DNA from: Euryarchaeota archaeon SCGC AAA252-I15 | Lineage (GTDB): Archaea > Altiarchaeota > Altiarchaeia > IMC4 > SCGC-AAA252-I15 | Direction: 5' to 3' | Length of the DNA: 64,000 nt | Assembly: GCA_000402775.1 (NCBI GenBank) | Contig: AQSC01000059.1 | Location: 4,257 to 68,256 of the forward strand | Part shown: positions 54,914 to 63,776 of the stretch, piece after piece | Position numbering within the stretch: position 1 is the stretch's first letter | How the letters are laid out: every line of letters begins with the position of its first letter | Translations under genes and position numbers: made by a program | Notes under the pieces: generated by a model | The model's input: the letters and a program-made list of their open reading frames with translations, nothing else | The model's database searches: none | Told to the model about the DNA's origin: nothing

Positions 54914-56425
54914 ATGAAACAAGTCGGCAAGATTCACGGTCCGGTTAAACCCACGACGTTTCAGATTCTTCTTTCTGATTTGTCGACTGAGAGGGGAAGT
55001 TACATCAAGGTCAACCACGACGTATACGGGTGGGTGCTGGCGAAAATCGAGTCTATGAAGCGGTATTTAGACGACTTTGATGATGAGGTGATGCTTGCTG
55101 AAGCGCGAACGGTGGGTTATAAACGGGATGATAACGTTCTCATACCGAAAACTCCGTTCAAGCCTGGAGAAAAAGTTTACACTGCGGATAAATCGCTTAT
55201 CATGAGTATTCTCGGACTTCGCAGGGATAAGAAAGATAGTATGTACATTGGAATGCTTGAAGGCCATGACATTCCAGTATACCTTGACGTGAAAAAGACT
55301 ATTGGAAAACACACTTCCGTGCTTGCTAAAACCGGGGCTGGAAAGTCTTATACAGTTGCAGTGCTTTTGGAGGAGTTGATAAAAAATGATGTCGCCATCG
55401 TAATCATTGACCCTCACGGGGAATACGGGTCCTTAAGGATTGAAAATGACGACTACGACGCAATGTTAAAATACAACATCAAGGCTGCGTCCTATGCCGA
55501 TAAGGTGGTTGAGTACGCCACAAATCGGAGGGTGAATCCGAATGCTGGAAAACTTATACTTCCCTCCGACTTTGATTTAATCGAACTAACCGAGATTATG
55601 CCCATGAGTCTGGGTGACCGGCAGAAATCGACTTTGTATTCGGCGCTTCGCGATCTTGAAGGTGAAAGATATACTTTGAAAGATCTTATGGTGAGGGTTG
55701 AGCAGGAGCCTACCCAGGCGAAGTGGAAGGTGATGTCAGGGCTTGAGGGTTTGGACGAAAGCGGAATATTTGAGGGGGATCCTATCGCGCTGGAAGATCT
55801 CGTTCAAAAGGGTCAGGCCACGATAATTAATCTTTTGGGGACTGAACACCACATCCAAGAGCTTGTTGTCGCAAAGCTTGCCCGCATGCTCTTTGACGGG
55901 ATTAGGGTCGGTAAGATTCCGGAATTTTTCTTTCTGGTTGAGGAAGCCCATAATTTTTGTCCGGAGAGGGGTTTCGGGGATTCTATTTCATCTTCGATTT
56001 TGCGCGATATTGCGTCGGAGGGTAGGAAGTTTGGTTTTCACTTGTGTGTTGTGAGCCAGAGGCCTGCCAGGGTCGACAAGAATGTTTTGTCTCAGTGTAA
56101 CACTCAGATTATTCTTAAAGTTACGAACCCGAATGACTTGCGGGCTATAAGCCATTCAATTGAGGGTTTTACTCCGGGGATGGAGAAGGAGATTCGTCAG
56201 CTTTCGGTGGGCCATGCTTTGATTGTTGGGGAGTCTGTGGAGCAGCCGATCACTGTTGACATAAGGGTTAGGGAGACTAAGCATCATACGTCTCATGTGA
56301 GGGCGATGGTGGCTGAACAATCGTCTGACGAAGATGATGTTGGTGGGACTTTTTCAGGAGAGGATATTGTTGAGGGGTCATCTTCAAGTTTTTTAAGATT
56401 ACTTAAAAGAATATTTCTGAAATAG
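54914..56425 (+). CDS. HerA-like (DUF87) hexameric ATPase, second copy
   Basis: VLAKTGAGKSY, IIDPHGEYG, FFLVEEAHNFCP, EGRKFGFHLCVVSQRPARVDKNVLSQCNTQIILKVTNPND. Confidence 0.8.
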   Translation: MKQVGKIHGPVKPTTFQILLSDLSTERGSYIKVNHDVYGWVLAKIESMKRYLDDFDDEVMLAEARTVGYKRDDNVLIPKTPFKPGEKVYTADKSLIMSILGLRRDKKDSMYIGMLEGHDIPVYLDVKKTIGKHTSVLAKTGAGKSYTVAVLLEELIKNDVAIVIIDPHGEYGSLRIENDDYDAMLKYNIKAASYADKVVEYATNRRVNPNAGKLILPSDFDLIELTEIMPMSLGDRQKSTLYSALRDLEGERYTLKDLMVRVEQEPTQAKWKVMSGLEGLDESGIFEGDPIALEDLVQKGQATIINLLGTEHHIQELVVAKLARMLFDGIRVGKIPEFFFLVEEAHNFCPERGFGDSISSSILRDIASEGRKFGFHLCVVSQRPARVDKNVLSQCNTQIILKVTNPNDLRAISHSIEGFTPGMEKEIRQLSVGHALIVGESVEQPITVDIRVRETKHHTSHVRAMVAEQSSDEDDVGGTFSGEDIVEGSSSSFLRLLKRIFLK

Positions 56426-56515
56426 TATTATTATTGTATATAAGTTACAATAGTATTTTACTCTGTTTAATAATTTTTTCGATAAAATTGAGAATCAATA
56501 AAATTTTAGTTATTA

Positions 56516-56929
56516 TTATTGTATTTTATTTACAATAATGTCTTGAAATTCAACTGAATAATTCCTCTTCAAGACTAAAAACAGGTAAATCTTCTTAAAT
56601 TGCGGATAAATTAAGTAAAAAAGACGAATCTTCCACTCATCAAACATTGAAATCCTCCCGTAATCCGAAAAGATCAGCTTGTCATCACGCTTCCCATCAT
56701 CGATTAATTTCACCTTACCCACAATAGGACACTCAACAACTTCACCCTGCTTAAGCCTTCGACCTAAAACTATCGCATCCTCCCCCAAACCATCCTCTGA
56801 AACAGTGCCTTCCACAAAACCATAATTGAATGGATTCGGAAACGGGGAAAACAACTCCTTGACAAATTCATTCCCCTCCAACCTATACTTCACAAAACTC
56901 CACTTCGGAGTCTCGACGACGACTCGCAT
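56516..56929 (-). CDS. Inorganic pyrophosphatase-like protein (short, divergent)
   Basis: VVVETPKWSFVKYRLE...PFPNPFNYGFVEGTVSEDGLGEDAIVLG...GKVKLIDDGKRDDKLIF resembles family I PPase, but DGDPLD is replaced by DGLGED. Confidence 0.55.
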   Translation of the reverse strand: MRVVVETPKWSFVKYRLEGNEFVKELFSPFPNPFNYGFVEGTVSEDGLGEDAIVLGRRLKQGEVVECPIVGKVKLIDDGKRDDKLIFSDYGRISMFDEWKIRLFYLIYPQFKKIYLFLVLKRNYSVEFQDIIVNKIQ

Positions 56930-56974
56930 GGAAAAGTATTTAGTATTATACCATAAAACCATTATACGTATGCG

Positions 56975-58633
56975 ATGAGATTTAAGGAACTGACTGACGT
57001 ATTCGAGAAGATTGACGGCACCTCAAAGAGACTAGAGAAAACCGACATCATCGCAGAATTTCTAGGGAAAACCGACGACTACCTCATACCCACGTTATGT
57101 AATTTCCTGCAGGGAAGAGTCTTCCCCTTGTGGAGTGAAAGGGAGTTGGGCGTCGCTCAAAAGCTCATGGTGAAGTGCATTTCAACTGTTTCCGGCCGGG
57201 CCGAGAAGGAGATTGAAGGTGAGGTTAAGAATTTAGGCGACACGGGGGCTGCGGCGGAAAAAGTGTTATTAACTAAAAAACAGACTACCTTGTATTCAAG
57301 AACTCTTAATGTCGAAGACGTTGAAAACAGTTTGAAAAGACTGGCAGACCTTGGAGGGAAGGGAAGCCAAGACAAGAAGATGGCATACATCAAGGAGCTC
57401 TTGTCGTCTGCTGAAGGAAATGAGGCGAAGTTTATCGTAAGGATAATTTTAGGGGAGCTTCGACTTGGAGTTGGAGACGGCATAGTCAGGGACTCGATAG
57501 TCAAGGCCTTTGAAGTGCCGGTCGAGGAAGTTGAGAGGGCATATTACCTGACATCTGATTTGGGTGAAGTAGCTCGAACAGTGAAGATAAATGGTGTTTC
57601 AGGTTTGAAGGAGATTTCAATGGAGCCTGGAAGGCCCATCAAGGTGATGTTGGCGCAGAAAAAACAGGGTGTTAGGGAGGCTGTCGAAGATTTGGGTGAA
57701 GCAGCCTACGAAATAAAATATGATGGTGCAAGAGTCCAGATTCACAAGAAGGGGGATGAGGTTGTCCTTTACACTCGAAGACTTGAGAACGTGACCGACC
57801 AGTTTCCAGAGATAGTGAATGCCGCGAGAGACCACGTAAAAGTTGCGGCTGCGATAATTGAGGGGGAAATTGTCGCCATCACGATGATGGGGGATAGGAC
57901 TCCGCGCCCATTCCAAGATTTATCGCGAAGGATTAAGAGAAAATACAATATAGGTGAAGTTCAGAAGAAGATTCCAGTGGAAGTAAACTTATTCGACGTC
58001 CTATACATTGATGGAGAGAATACGCTCTCAACCCCTTTTTCCGAGCGTAGAAAGCTGTTGAAAAAGATTATCGATGCAACGGCTATTTTCAGGGTTGCCG
58101 AGCAGAAAGTCACCGCGAATCCCGACATAGCTGAAAATTTCTACAATCATGCACTCTCGATGAAACATGAGGGGGTGATGGTGAAGGTCTTAAACGCCCC
58201 GTACAAGCCGGGTTCTAGAGTCGGCTACATGTATAAGGTAAAGCCGATTATGGAGACTTTAGACTTGGTTGTTGTGGGAGCGACTTGGGGTGAAGGCCGC
58301 CGAGCAAACTGGCTTGGGTCTTACCTCCTAGCAGTTTTTGATGCGAACACCGGGGAGTTTCAGACTATTGGCCGCATGGCAACTGGCTTATCAGACCAGC
58401 AACTTGAAGAATACACTGAACTATTCAAACAATACATTATAAGAGAGTCCGGTCAAGACTTATCCATTAAACCTCACATAATATTTGAAGTCGCCTACGA
58501 AGAGATTCAGAAAAGCCCGACTTATGATTCAGGGTATGCGCTTAGGTTTCCAAGGCTTGTGCGCCTTCGAGACGATAAGGGACCTCAAGACGCAGACTCC
58601 CTTGAGAGAGTTGAGGAGATACTTAAAAAATGA
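56975..58633 (+). CDS. lig: ATP-dependent DNA ligase
   Basis: Adenylation motif EIKYDGARVQIHK, plus EGEIVA, LFDVLYIDGE, EGVMVK, RFPRLVRLRDDK. Confidence 0.95.
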   Translation: MRFKELTDVFEKIDGTSKRLEKTDIIAEFLGKTDDYLIPTLCNFLQGRVFPLWSERELGVAQKLMVKCISTVSGRAEKEIEGEVKNLGDTGAAAEKVLLTKKQTTLYSRTLNVEDVENSLKRLADLGGKGSQDKKMAYIKELLSSAEGNEAKFIVRIILGELRLGVGDGIVRDSIVKAFEVPVEEVERAYYLTSDLGEVARTVKINGVSGLKEISMEPGRPIKVMLAQKKQGVREAVEDLGEAAYEIKYDGARVQIHKKGDEVVLYTRRLENVTDQFPEIVNAARDHVKVAAAIIEGEIVAITMMGDRTPRPFQDLSRRIKRKYNIGEVQKKIPVEVNLFDVLYIDGENTLSTPFSERRKLLKKIIDATAIFRVAEQKVTANPDIAENFYNHALSMKHEGVMVKVLNAPYKPGSRVGYMYKVKPIMETLDLVVVGATWGEGRRANWLGSYLLAVFDANTGEFQTIGRMATGLSDQQLEEYTELFKQYIIRESGQDLSIKPHIIFEVAYEEIQKSPTYDSGYALRFPRLVRLRDDKGPQDADSLERVEEILKK

Positions 58634-59280
58634 GGTTTAAAAGAATTTTCCCGGGAGTATACGAGATAAACGGAAGACTCGCCACAAAAAACAGCACTAA
58701 AGGATTTCGAGTATACGATGAAAAGCTCATTAAATTCAGAAAGGATGAATACAGGGAGTGGGAGCCGACTCGAAGCAAGCTTGCTGCCGCTATTTTAAAG
58801 GATTTAAGGAAGCTTCCCATAAAAGAGCACTCCCCAATACTGTATCTTGGTGCTTCTTCAGGTACGACTGCAAGCCACATTGCAGACGTCACAGACGGCC
58901 TAGTTTTTTGCGTGGAGTATTCGAAGCGAATGATGCGTGAGCTTCTTTTTGTGTGCGAGGTTAAGAAGAATATGATTCCGATACTCGGTGATGCTAATCT
59001 CCCGCAATCTTTCGCGCACATGACGTCTAGAGTCGATGTAGTCTACCAGGATGTGGCCCAGAAAAACCAGACCGAGATTTTTATTAAGAACATGGATTAC
59101 TTCAAGGCGAGAAATGGTTTGCTTGCTATCAAGGCCCGGAGTATTGACTGCGTTGAAAAACCTAAAAACATTTTCAAGCGGGAAGTATCCAAGCTTGAGG
59201 GCAAATTTGACGTTTTAGATGTTATTGAACTATCTCCTTTCGAGAAAGACCACGTATTGGTTTCTGTTCAGGTGGCTTAG
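58630..59280 (+). CDS. flpA: Fibrillarin-like rRNA/tRNA 2'-O-methyltransferase
   Basis: YREWEPTRSKLAAAI, ILYLGASSGTTASHIADV, DVAQKNQ. 4-nt overlap with lig. Confidence 0.9.
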   Translation: MRFKRIFPGVYEINGRLATKNSTKGFRVYDEKLIKFRKDEYREWEPTRSKLAAAILKDLRKLPIKEHSPILYLGASSGTTASHIADVTDGLVFCVEYSKRMMRELLFVCEVKKNMIPILGDANLPQSFAHMTSRVDVVYQDVAQKNQTEIFIKNMDYFKARNGLLAIKARSIDCVEKPKNIFKREVSKLEGKFDVLDVIELSPFEKDHVLVSVQVA

Positions 59281-59790
59281 ATGGGCCTTGAAGTCGAGTT
59301 GAAAGCTCCCTGCGACGGAAAAATACTTGAGATGCTTAAGGGCGTTGGTGCGAAATTCAATAGAGAAGAAATCCAAGTCGACAGGTATTTCAACCATCCG
59401 TCAAGGGACTTTAAGAATACTGATGAGGCATTAAGAATTCGTTGTGTGGGAAACTGCTTTTACTTGACCTACAAGGGGCCTAAGCTTTCTGGGAAGTTGA
59501 AGGTTAGAGAGGAGTATGAAATGCCAGTCACAAAAGACTTTAAAATGGTTTTGGAAAAACTCGGTTTCAGTGAAGTAGGCAAGATCGGAAAGACTAGGAG
59601 GATTTACGATTTTGAAGGATTGATCATTTGTATTGACCGTGTTGATGGTCTGGGATTATTTATTGAAATTGAATCAGAATCCCTGGAGATGGAGGGAAAA
59701 ATCATTGAAACACTATCAAAATTGGGAGTGGATGAGAAAACTTGCACTACAAACTCGTATCTAGAACTAATTCTTGAAAAAAAAGGTTAA
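59281..59790 (+). CDS. CYTH-domain protein (class IV adenylate cyclase/triphosphatase family)
   Basis: N-terminal LEVELKA (ExExK), ALRIR, LTYKGPK, FIEIE. Confidence 0.75.
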   Translation: MGLEVELKAPCDGKILEMLKGVGAKFNREEIQVDRYFNHPSRDFKNTDEALRIRCVGNCFYLTYKGPKLSGKLKVREEYEMPVTKDFKMVLEKLGFSEVGKIGKTRRIYDFEGLIICIDRVDGLGLFIEIESESLEMEGKIIETLSKLGVDEKTCTTNSYLELILEKKG

Positions 59791-60212
59791 GTGCACTTTA
59801 TCACTATTTGTTTCGAAGCCTCAACTTCATAAACAGTCTCATTAAAGGTTACATCAGTAAGATCAGTTATCGTGGGTTCACAATCTGGTTTGCATGCGAG
59901 ACACCCTAAACCCGGAATTGAAAGCGAATCGGGATCCCCCGCAAACTTGCCATTACAATACAAGTGGGCGTAAGAATCCTGTCTTGAAGTCATATCCAAA
60001 AAAGCTTCGTCTTGAGTGTCTCCAACACCGTATACTTGAAATCCCGAGAAATAGCAGTCCGTAATGTTTAATGACTGGCCTGTGAACTTTCCAATCGGAA
60101 AAGCCGCGTCCATGAAAATGAACATGAGATTAATAACCAGTATAATGAATATCAAGCCGATGATGATCCACTGGGTTTTTAACACCCTGTCAACTTCCTC
60201 CTTCGACATCAT
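59787..60212 (-). CDS. Hypothetical N-terminally anchored Cys-containing secreted protein
   Basis: TM WIIIGLIFIILVINLMFIFM. Six Cys in the ectodomain. Confidence 0.5.
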   Translation of the reverse strand: MMSKEEVDRVLKTQWIIIGLIFIILVINLMFIFMDAAFPIGKFTGQSLNITDCYFSGFQVYGVGDTQDEAFLDMTSRQDSYAHLYCNGKFAGDPDSLSIPGLGCLACKPDCEPTITDLTDVTFNETVYEVEASKQIVIKCT

Positions 60213-60216
60213 TTTT

Positions 60217-60543
60217 TTACCTTAATATTATGTCTAGTATGGGGTTTACGACGATCTTGAATAAGAGAGCCGCAACCATTATCATAACTCCCCAACCAAT
60301 GAACTGTATTCCCTTGTCCATGAAACTTAGGGGAAGCATCACATATAAATATAATTTAGGCCACAACCACATGCAAAATCCTATAAACACAAAAAGCAGG
60401 CCAAACCCCATCGCCTTGCGAGGCAGAACATTCCTAGCCTTATGGACGTGGGAAATGTTTGAAGATTTCTCATCTTCCTCAATCAGCTCTATGTCCCCTA
60501 TTGTGCCAGAAGCATCCACACCAGAACGATCCCTACCCTTCAT
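60217..60543 (-). CDS. Hypothetical membrane protein (2-3 TM)
   Basis: Hydrophobic segments GFGLLFVFIGFCMWLW and IGWGVMIMVAALLF. Confidence 0.45.
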   Translation of the reverse strand: MKGRDRSGVDASGTIGDIELIEEDEKSSNISHVHKARNVLPRKAMGFGLLFVFIGFCMWLWPKLYLYVMLPLSFMDKGIQFIGWGVMIMVAALLFKIVVNPILDIILR

Positions 60544-60589
60544 CCTAGTTTAATCATTCGCATTAATGTATTTATAGACGGTATCCACG

Positions 60590-61819
60590 TCAATCTTTAA
60601 AGCGGACTGAAATACTTTCCTTGTGTTTCACAAGGCCTTCCGCTTCAGCGAGTGTTTCAATTGTTTCCTTAAGGTTTTCCAATCCTTCCTTTTCAATGCG
60701 TGTTATCTGTGTTGTTTTCAAAAAATCTCTGACTGAAAGCGGAGACGCATAACGTGCGGAGCCGGCCGTAGGCAGCACGTGGTTTCCGCCGGAAGCATAG
60801 TCACCAGCCGCAACCGGGGAATAATGGCCGACAAAGATTGCTCCGGCATTTTTGATTTTTTTTGCCACATCCTTGGCATTCCTAGTCATTATCTCAAGGT
60901 GTTCGGGGGCGAGTCCGTCCACGACTTCAATTGCACGGTCAATAGAGTCGACGGTTATGGCAGTAAACTGTTTGCCATCTGCGTCCACCTTTCTGGGGAG
61001 GTTTTTTTCAGTAGTTACGAGAATGCATCTTGCGTCGGGGTCGTGTTCAGCTTGCGCGAGTAAATCAGCGGTAATAAACTCTGGATTTGCCGTCTCATCC
61101 GCTATTATCGCAATCTCGCTTGGACCTGCGGACATGTCAATGTCGACTTTCCCGTATACTAGCGTTTTAGCTGCCATGACGTATTTGTTGCCGGGACCCA
61201 CGATCTTTGACACTGACTGGATTGATTCCGTACCCCACGCGAGCGCGCCAATTGCCTGGGCGCCTCCGACACAGTAGAGCTCATCCACTCCGACTAGAGA
61301 ACATGCCGCACGGACTTCAGGACTGATGGGAGGTGGCGACACTACGACGATTCGCTCAACACCCGCGACTTTAGCCGGGATGCAGTTCATAAGAACGGTC
61401 GAAGGATAAGAAGCTCTTCCCCCGGGCACATAGCAACCCACAGAGTCTATTGGATTGACTCGCTCTCCAACTAGAACTCCACTTTCAATTTCTTCATCCC
61501 ATGATAAGTTTACTTTCTCAAATTGTTTCTCGTGGAATTTTTTTATGTTTTTTTGGGCGTGTTTTAAGGCCTTAAAAAATTTTTCGTCGACTTTTTTTAG
61601 TGAGTCTTCGATTTCCTTTGAACTTACAGTTAGATTCTGTTTGTTTAATTGAAAGTCATCGAATTTTTCCGTGAATTTGAATAATGCAGTGTCGCCGTCT
61701 TTTCTGACTTCGTCTATGATGGATGCAACAACATCGGATAATTCAGGGAATCGTTGACTTCCCAAGCTGACTATTCTTTCTATTTCAGCCGCATCTTCAA
61801 AGTAATCAATGATTTTCAT
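60590..61819 (-). CDS. hisD: Histidinol dehydrogenase
   Basis: VGCYVPGGRASYPSTVLM, GGAQAIGALAWGT, GPGNKYV, AGPSEI, QAEHD, APEHLE. Confidence 0.95.
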   Translation of the reverse strand: MKIIDYFEDAAEIERIVSLGSQRFPELSDVVASIIDEVRKDGDTALFKFTEKFDDFQLNKQNLTVSSKEIEDSLKKVDEKFFKALKHAQKNIKKFHEKQFEKVNLSWDEEIESGVLVGERVNPIDSVGCYVPGGRASYPSTVLMNCIPAKVAGVERIVVVSPPPISPEVRAACSLVGVDELYCVGGAQAIGALAWGTESIQSVSKIVGPGNKYVMAAKTLVYGKVDIDMSAGPSEIAIIADETANPEFITADLLAQAEHDPDARCILVTTEKNLPRKVDADGKQFTAITVDSIDRAIEVVDGLAPEHLEIMTRNAKDVAKKIKNAGAIFVGHYSPVAAGDYASGGNHVLPTAGSARYASPLSVRDFLKTTQITRIEKEGLENLKETIETLAEAEGLVKHKESISVRFKD

Positions 61820-62850
61820 AAGTCCTCCAAAGCCGCGAATAAAATTTCGTTTTCCGAAGAAGTTCCCACAGTAACCCTTACGTATTCTCCAGGAAAACCT
61901 TTAAAGGACCCGAACGCCCTCACAACAAAATCTTTATCAAGAAACTTGTTAAAACAGTCCTGAGCGCTCAATGGAGAAGTATCAAACAGCAAGAAGTTCG
62001 CTTCAGAAGGGAAAACCTTGAATTTATTTGAAATTGCTTTTTCTAAAATACTTCGGTCGGCCTTTATTTTCTCGACACAATCTCTCATGTATTCCAAATC
62101 ATCAAGAGCCGTAAGAACTGCTTCTTGGGCTAGATTATTAACGTTGAACGGTGGCTTCGTCCGGATTATTAATGAGATAACCTCTGGGCTTGCTATCGCG
62201 TATCCGACTCGGAGCCCTGCGAGTGCGAAGGCTTTGGCGAAAGTCCGAATGATTATCAGGTTGTCGTATTTTGGTAGTAGTGAAAGTGAAGTTTTGTTTG
62301 AGAATTCATAGTATGCTTCGTCAACCACAGTGGGTTTGCCAAGGTTAAGCACTTCCTCAATATCTTTGGGGGAAATTATGTTTCCGGTTGGATTGTTGGG
62401 ACTGCACAAGAAAAGAAGGTTAGCTTTGTCAGCAGCTTTTAAAAATTCTTCCAAGGGGAATGTGAAATCCCCCTTTAACTGAACTTCATCGTATTCCATG
62501 CCATTTGTCGCGGACACGATCCCATACTCTGAAAACGAGGGGTAAACTCCCAGAGACGGTCCCCTAAAAGTCTTTACGATAAGATCAATTAGCTCGTCTG
62601 AACCATTTCCAATGATTACATTTTCGGGTGCCACACCAGCGTATTCAGCCGTCTTAACCCTCACCAACTCGTCTTTGTAAGGATACCTGTAAATAGAGGG
62701 CACGCTACCTTTAAGCGTCTCAATCACCTTCGGTGAGGGACCGTAATTATTTTCATTCGAGGAAAGCTTCACAGCCCCCTCCACGGTCCTTCCCGGAGTA
62801 TAGGTTGCTATCCCCCTAATCCATGGTTTCATACTATCTTCGGCTTCCAT
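61816..62850 (-). CDS. hisC: Histidinol-phosphate aminotransferase
   Basis: KLSSNENNYGPSP, GNGSDELIDL, NPNNPTG, RTFAKAFALAGLRVGY (PLP Lys). 4-nt overlap with hisD. Confidence 0.9.
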   Translation of the reverse strand: MEAEDSMKPWIRGIATYTPGRTVEGAVKLSSNENNYGPSPKVIETLKGSVPSIYRYPYKDELVRVKTAEYAGVAPENVIIGNGSDELIDLIVKTFRGPSLGVYPSFSEYGIVSATNGMEYDEVQLKGDFTFPLEEFLKAADKANLLFLCSPNNPTGNIISPKDIEEVLNLGKPTVVDEAYYEFSNKTSLSLLPKYDNLIIIRTFAKAFALAGLRVGYAIASPEVISLIIRTKPPFNVNNLAQEAVLTALDDLEYMRDCVEKIKADRSILEKAISNKFKVFPSEANFLLFDTSPLSAQDCFNKFLDKDFVVRAFGSFKGFPGEYVRVTVGTSSENEILFAALEDL

Positions 62851-62936
62851 CCTAGTTTACTTTTTTCATATACCAAGATAAATACGGGTTCATCCCCGTC
62901 GCATTGAACACAAATGTTTTTTTGATTATCCTCCAT
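62829..62936 (-). CDS. Small ORF (35 aa) overlapping the hisC start
   Basis: GGAGGTG SD, then MEDNQKNICVQCDGDEPVFILVYEKSKLGWKPKIV. The stop lies 20 nt inside hisC. Confidence 0.3.
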   Translation of the reverse strand: MEDNQKNICVQCDGDEPVFILVYEKSKLGWKPKIV

Positions 62937-62964
62937 TTTTCTTTAATACACCTCCAAATCTTTC

Positions 62965-63048
62965 CTAACTTTCTTTCTCGTGCTTCCACTCAAGCGGCAA
63001 CACGTTGTATGGATCAAATTCCAGTTTCTTTTTCAAATGTTTTTCCAT
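62965..63048 (-). CDS. Small ORF (27 aa)
   Basis: GGAGGTGAAAGGAAA precedes the ATG. MEKHLKKKLEFDPYNVLPLEWKHEKES. Confidence 0.25.
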   Translation of the reverse strand: MEKHLKKKLEFDPYNVLPLEWKHEKES

Positions 63049-63566
63049 TTTCCTTTCACCTCCAAAATTTTTGTATGGAACTTTGCGTGAACCTGTGATA
63101 AGCGTCGAAAAAAGCATCAAAGCCAAACCAAGAGCTTGATACCGAACTCAAAAAGAGAATTTAGACGCTCACACACACTTAGCACACAATTTGCGTGCCA
63201 GTGCATGTGGTTTTAGTCACATACGGCACCCACACTAAACCATTCATGGCCTGGGCTTCCCGCCCTCTTAAAAAGTGTGGGTACAAAAATTCCATTCTTT
63301 CGACTATGTTATACGCAATACATATATAAAAAACATTTCGAAAACAATTAGGTCTTAAAAACCTTCTTAAATAAGTATATTCAATACAATAATTAATTGA
63401 ATTTATTTGGAGGAACTTAAAACAACACAATGTATAATAATATGGTTTTTTCAGGTTTCTCTAAGTATCTGGCGTTATTACCCCATGATTATTCTCAATG
63501 CATCAATAAATCACACCCAATTCATCCGTTAATTAATGTGTGTAAATCCAAAAGGAGGTGAATGAC

Positions 63567-63776
63567 ATGGTAGCGAAAAAGAAAAAGACTGTGAAGAAAA
63601 AAGTTGTGAAGAAAAATCCGATGAAAAAAGTAGTGAAAAAGAAGGTAGTGAAAAAAGTAGTCAAGAAAAAAGTTGTGAAAAAGATGCCTGTGAAAAAAGT
63701 TGTGAAAAAAAAGACAGTAAAGAAAAAACCGGTTAAAAAAACAGTCAAGAAAAAAACGACGAAGAAGAAGAGATAA
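63567..63776 (+). CDS. Extremely Lys-rich repeat protein (histone-H1-like low-complexity, 69 aa)
   Basis: AAAGGAGGTGA SD lies 6 nt before the ATG. MVAKKKKTVKKKVVKKNPMKKVVKKKVVKKVVKKKVVKKMPVKKVVKKKTVKKKPVKKTVKKKTTKKKR. Confidence 0.65.
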   Translation: MVAKKKKTVKKKVVKKNPMKKVVKKKVVKKVVKKKVVKKMPVKKVVKKKTVKKKPVKKTVKKKTTKKKR

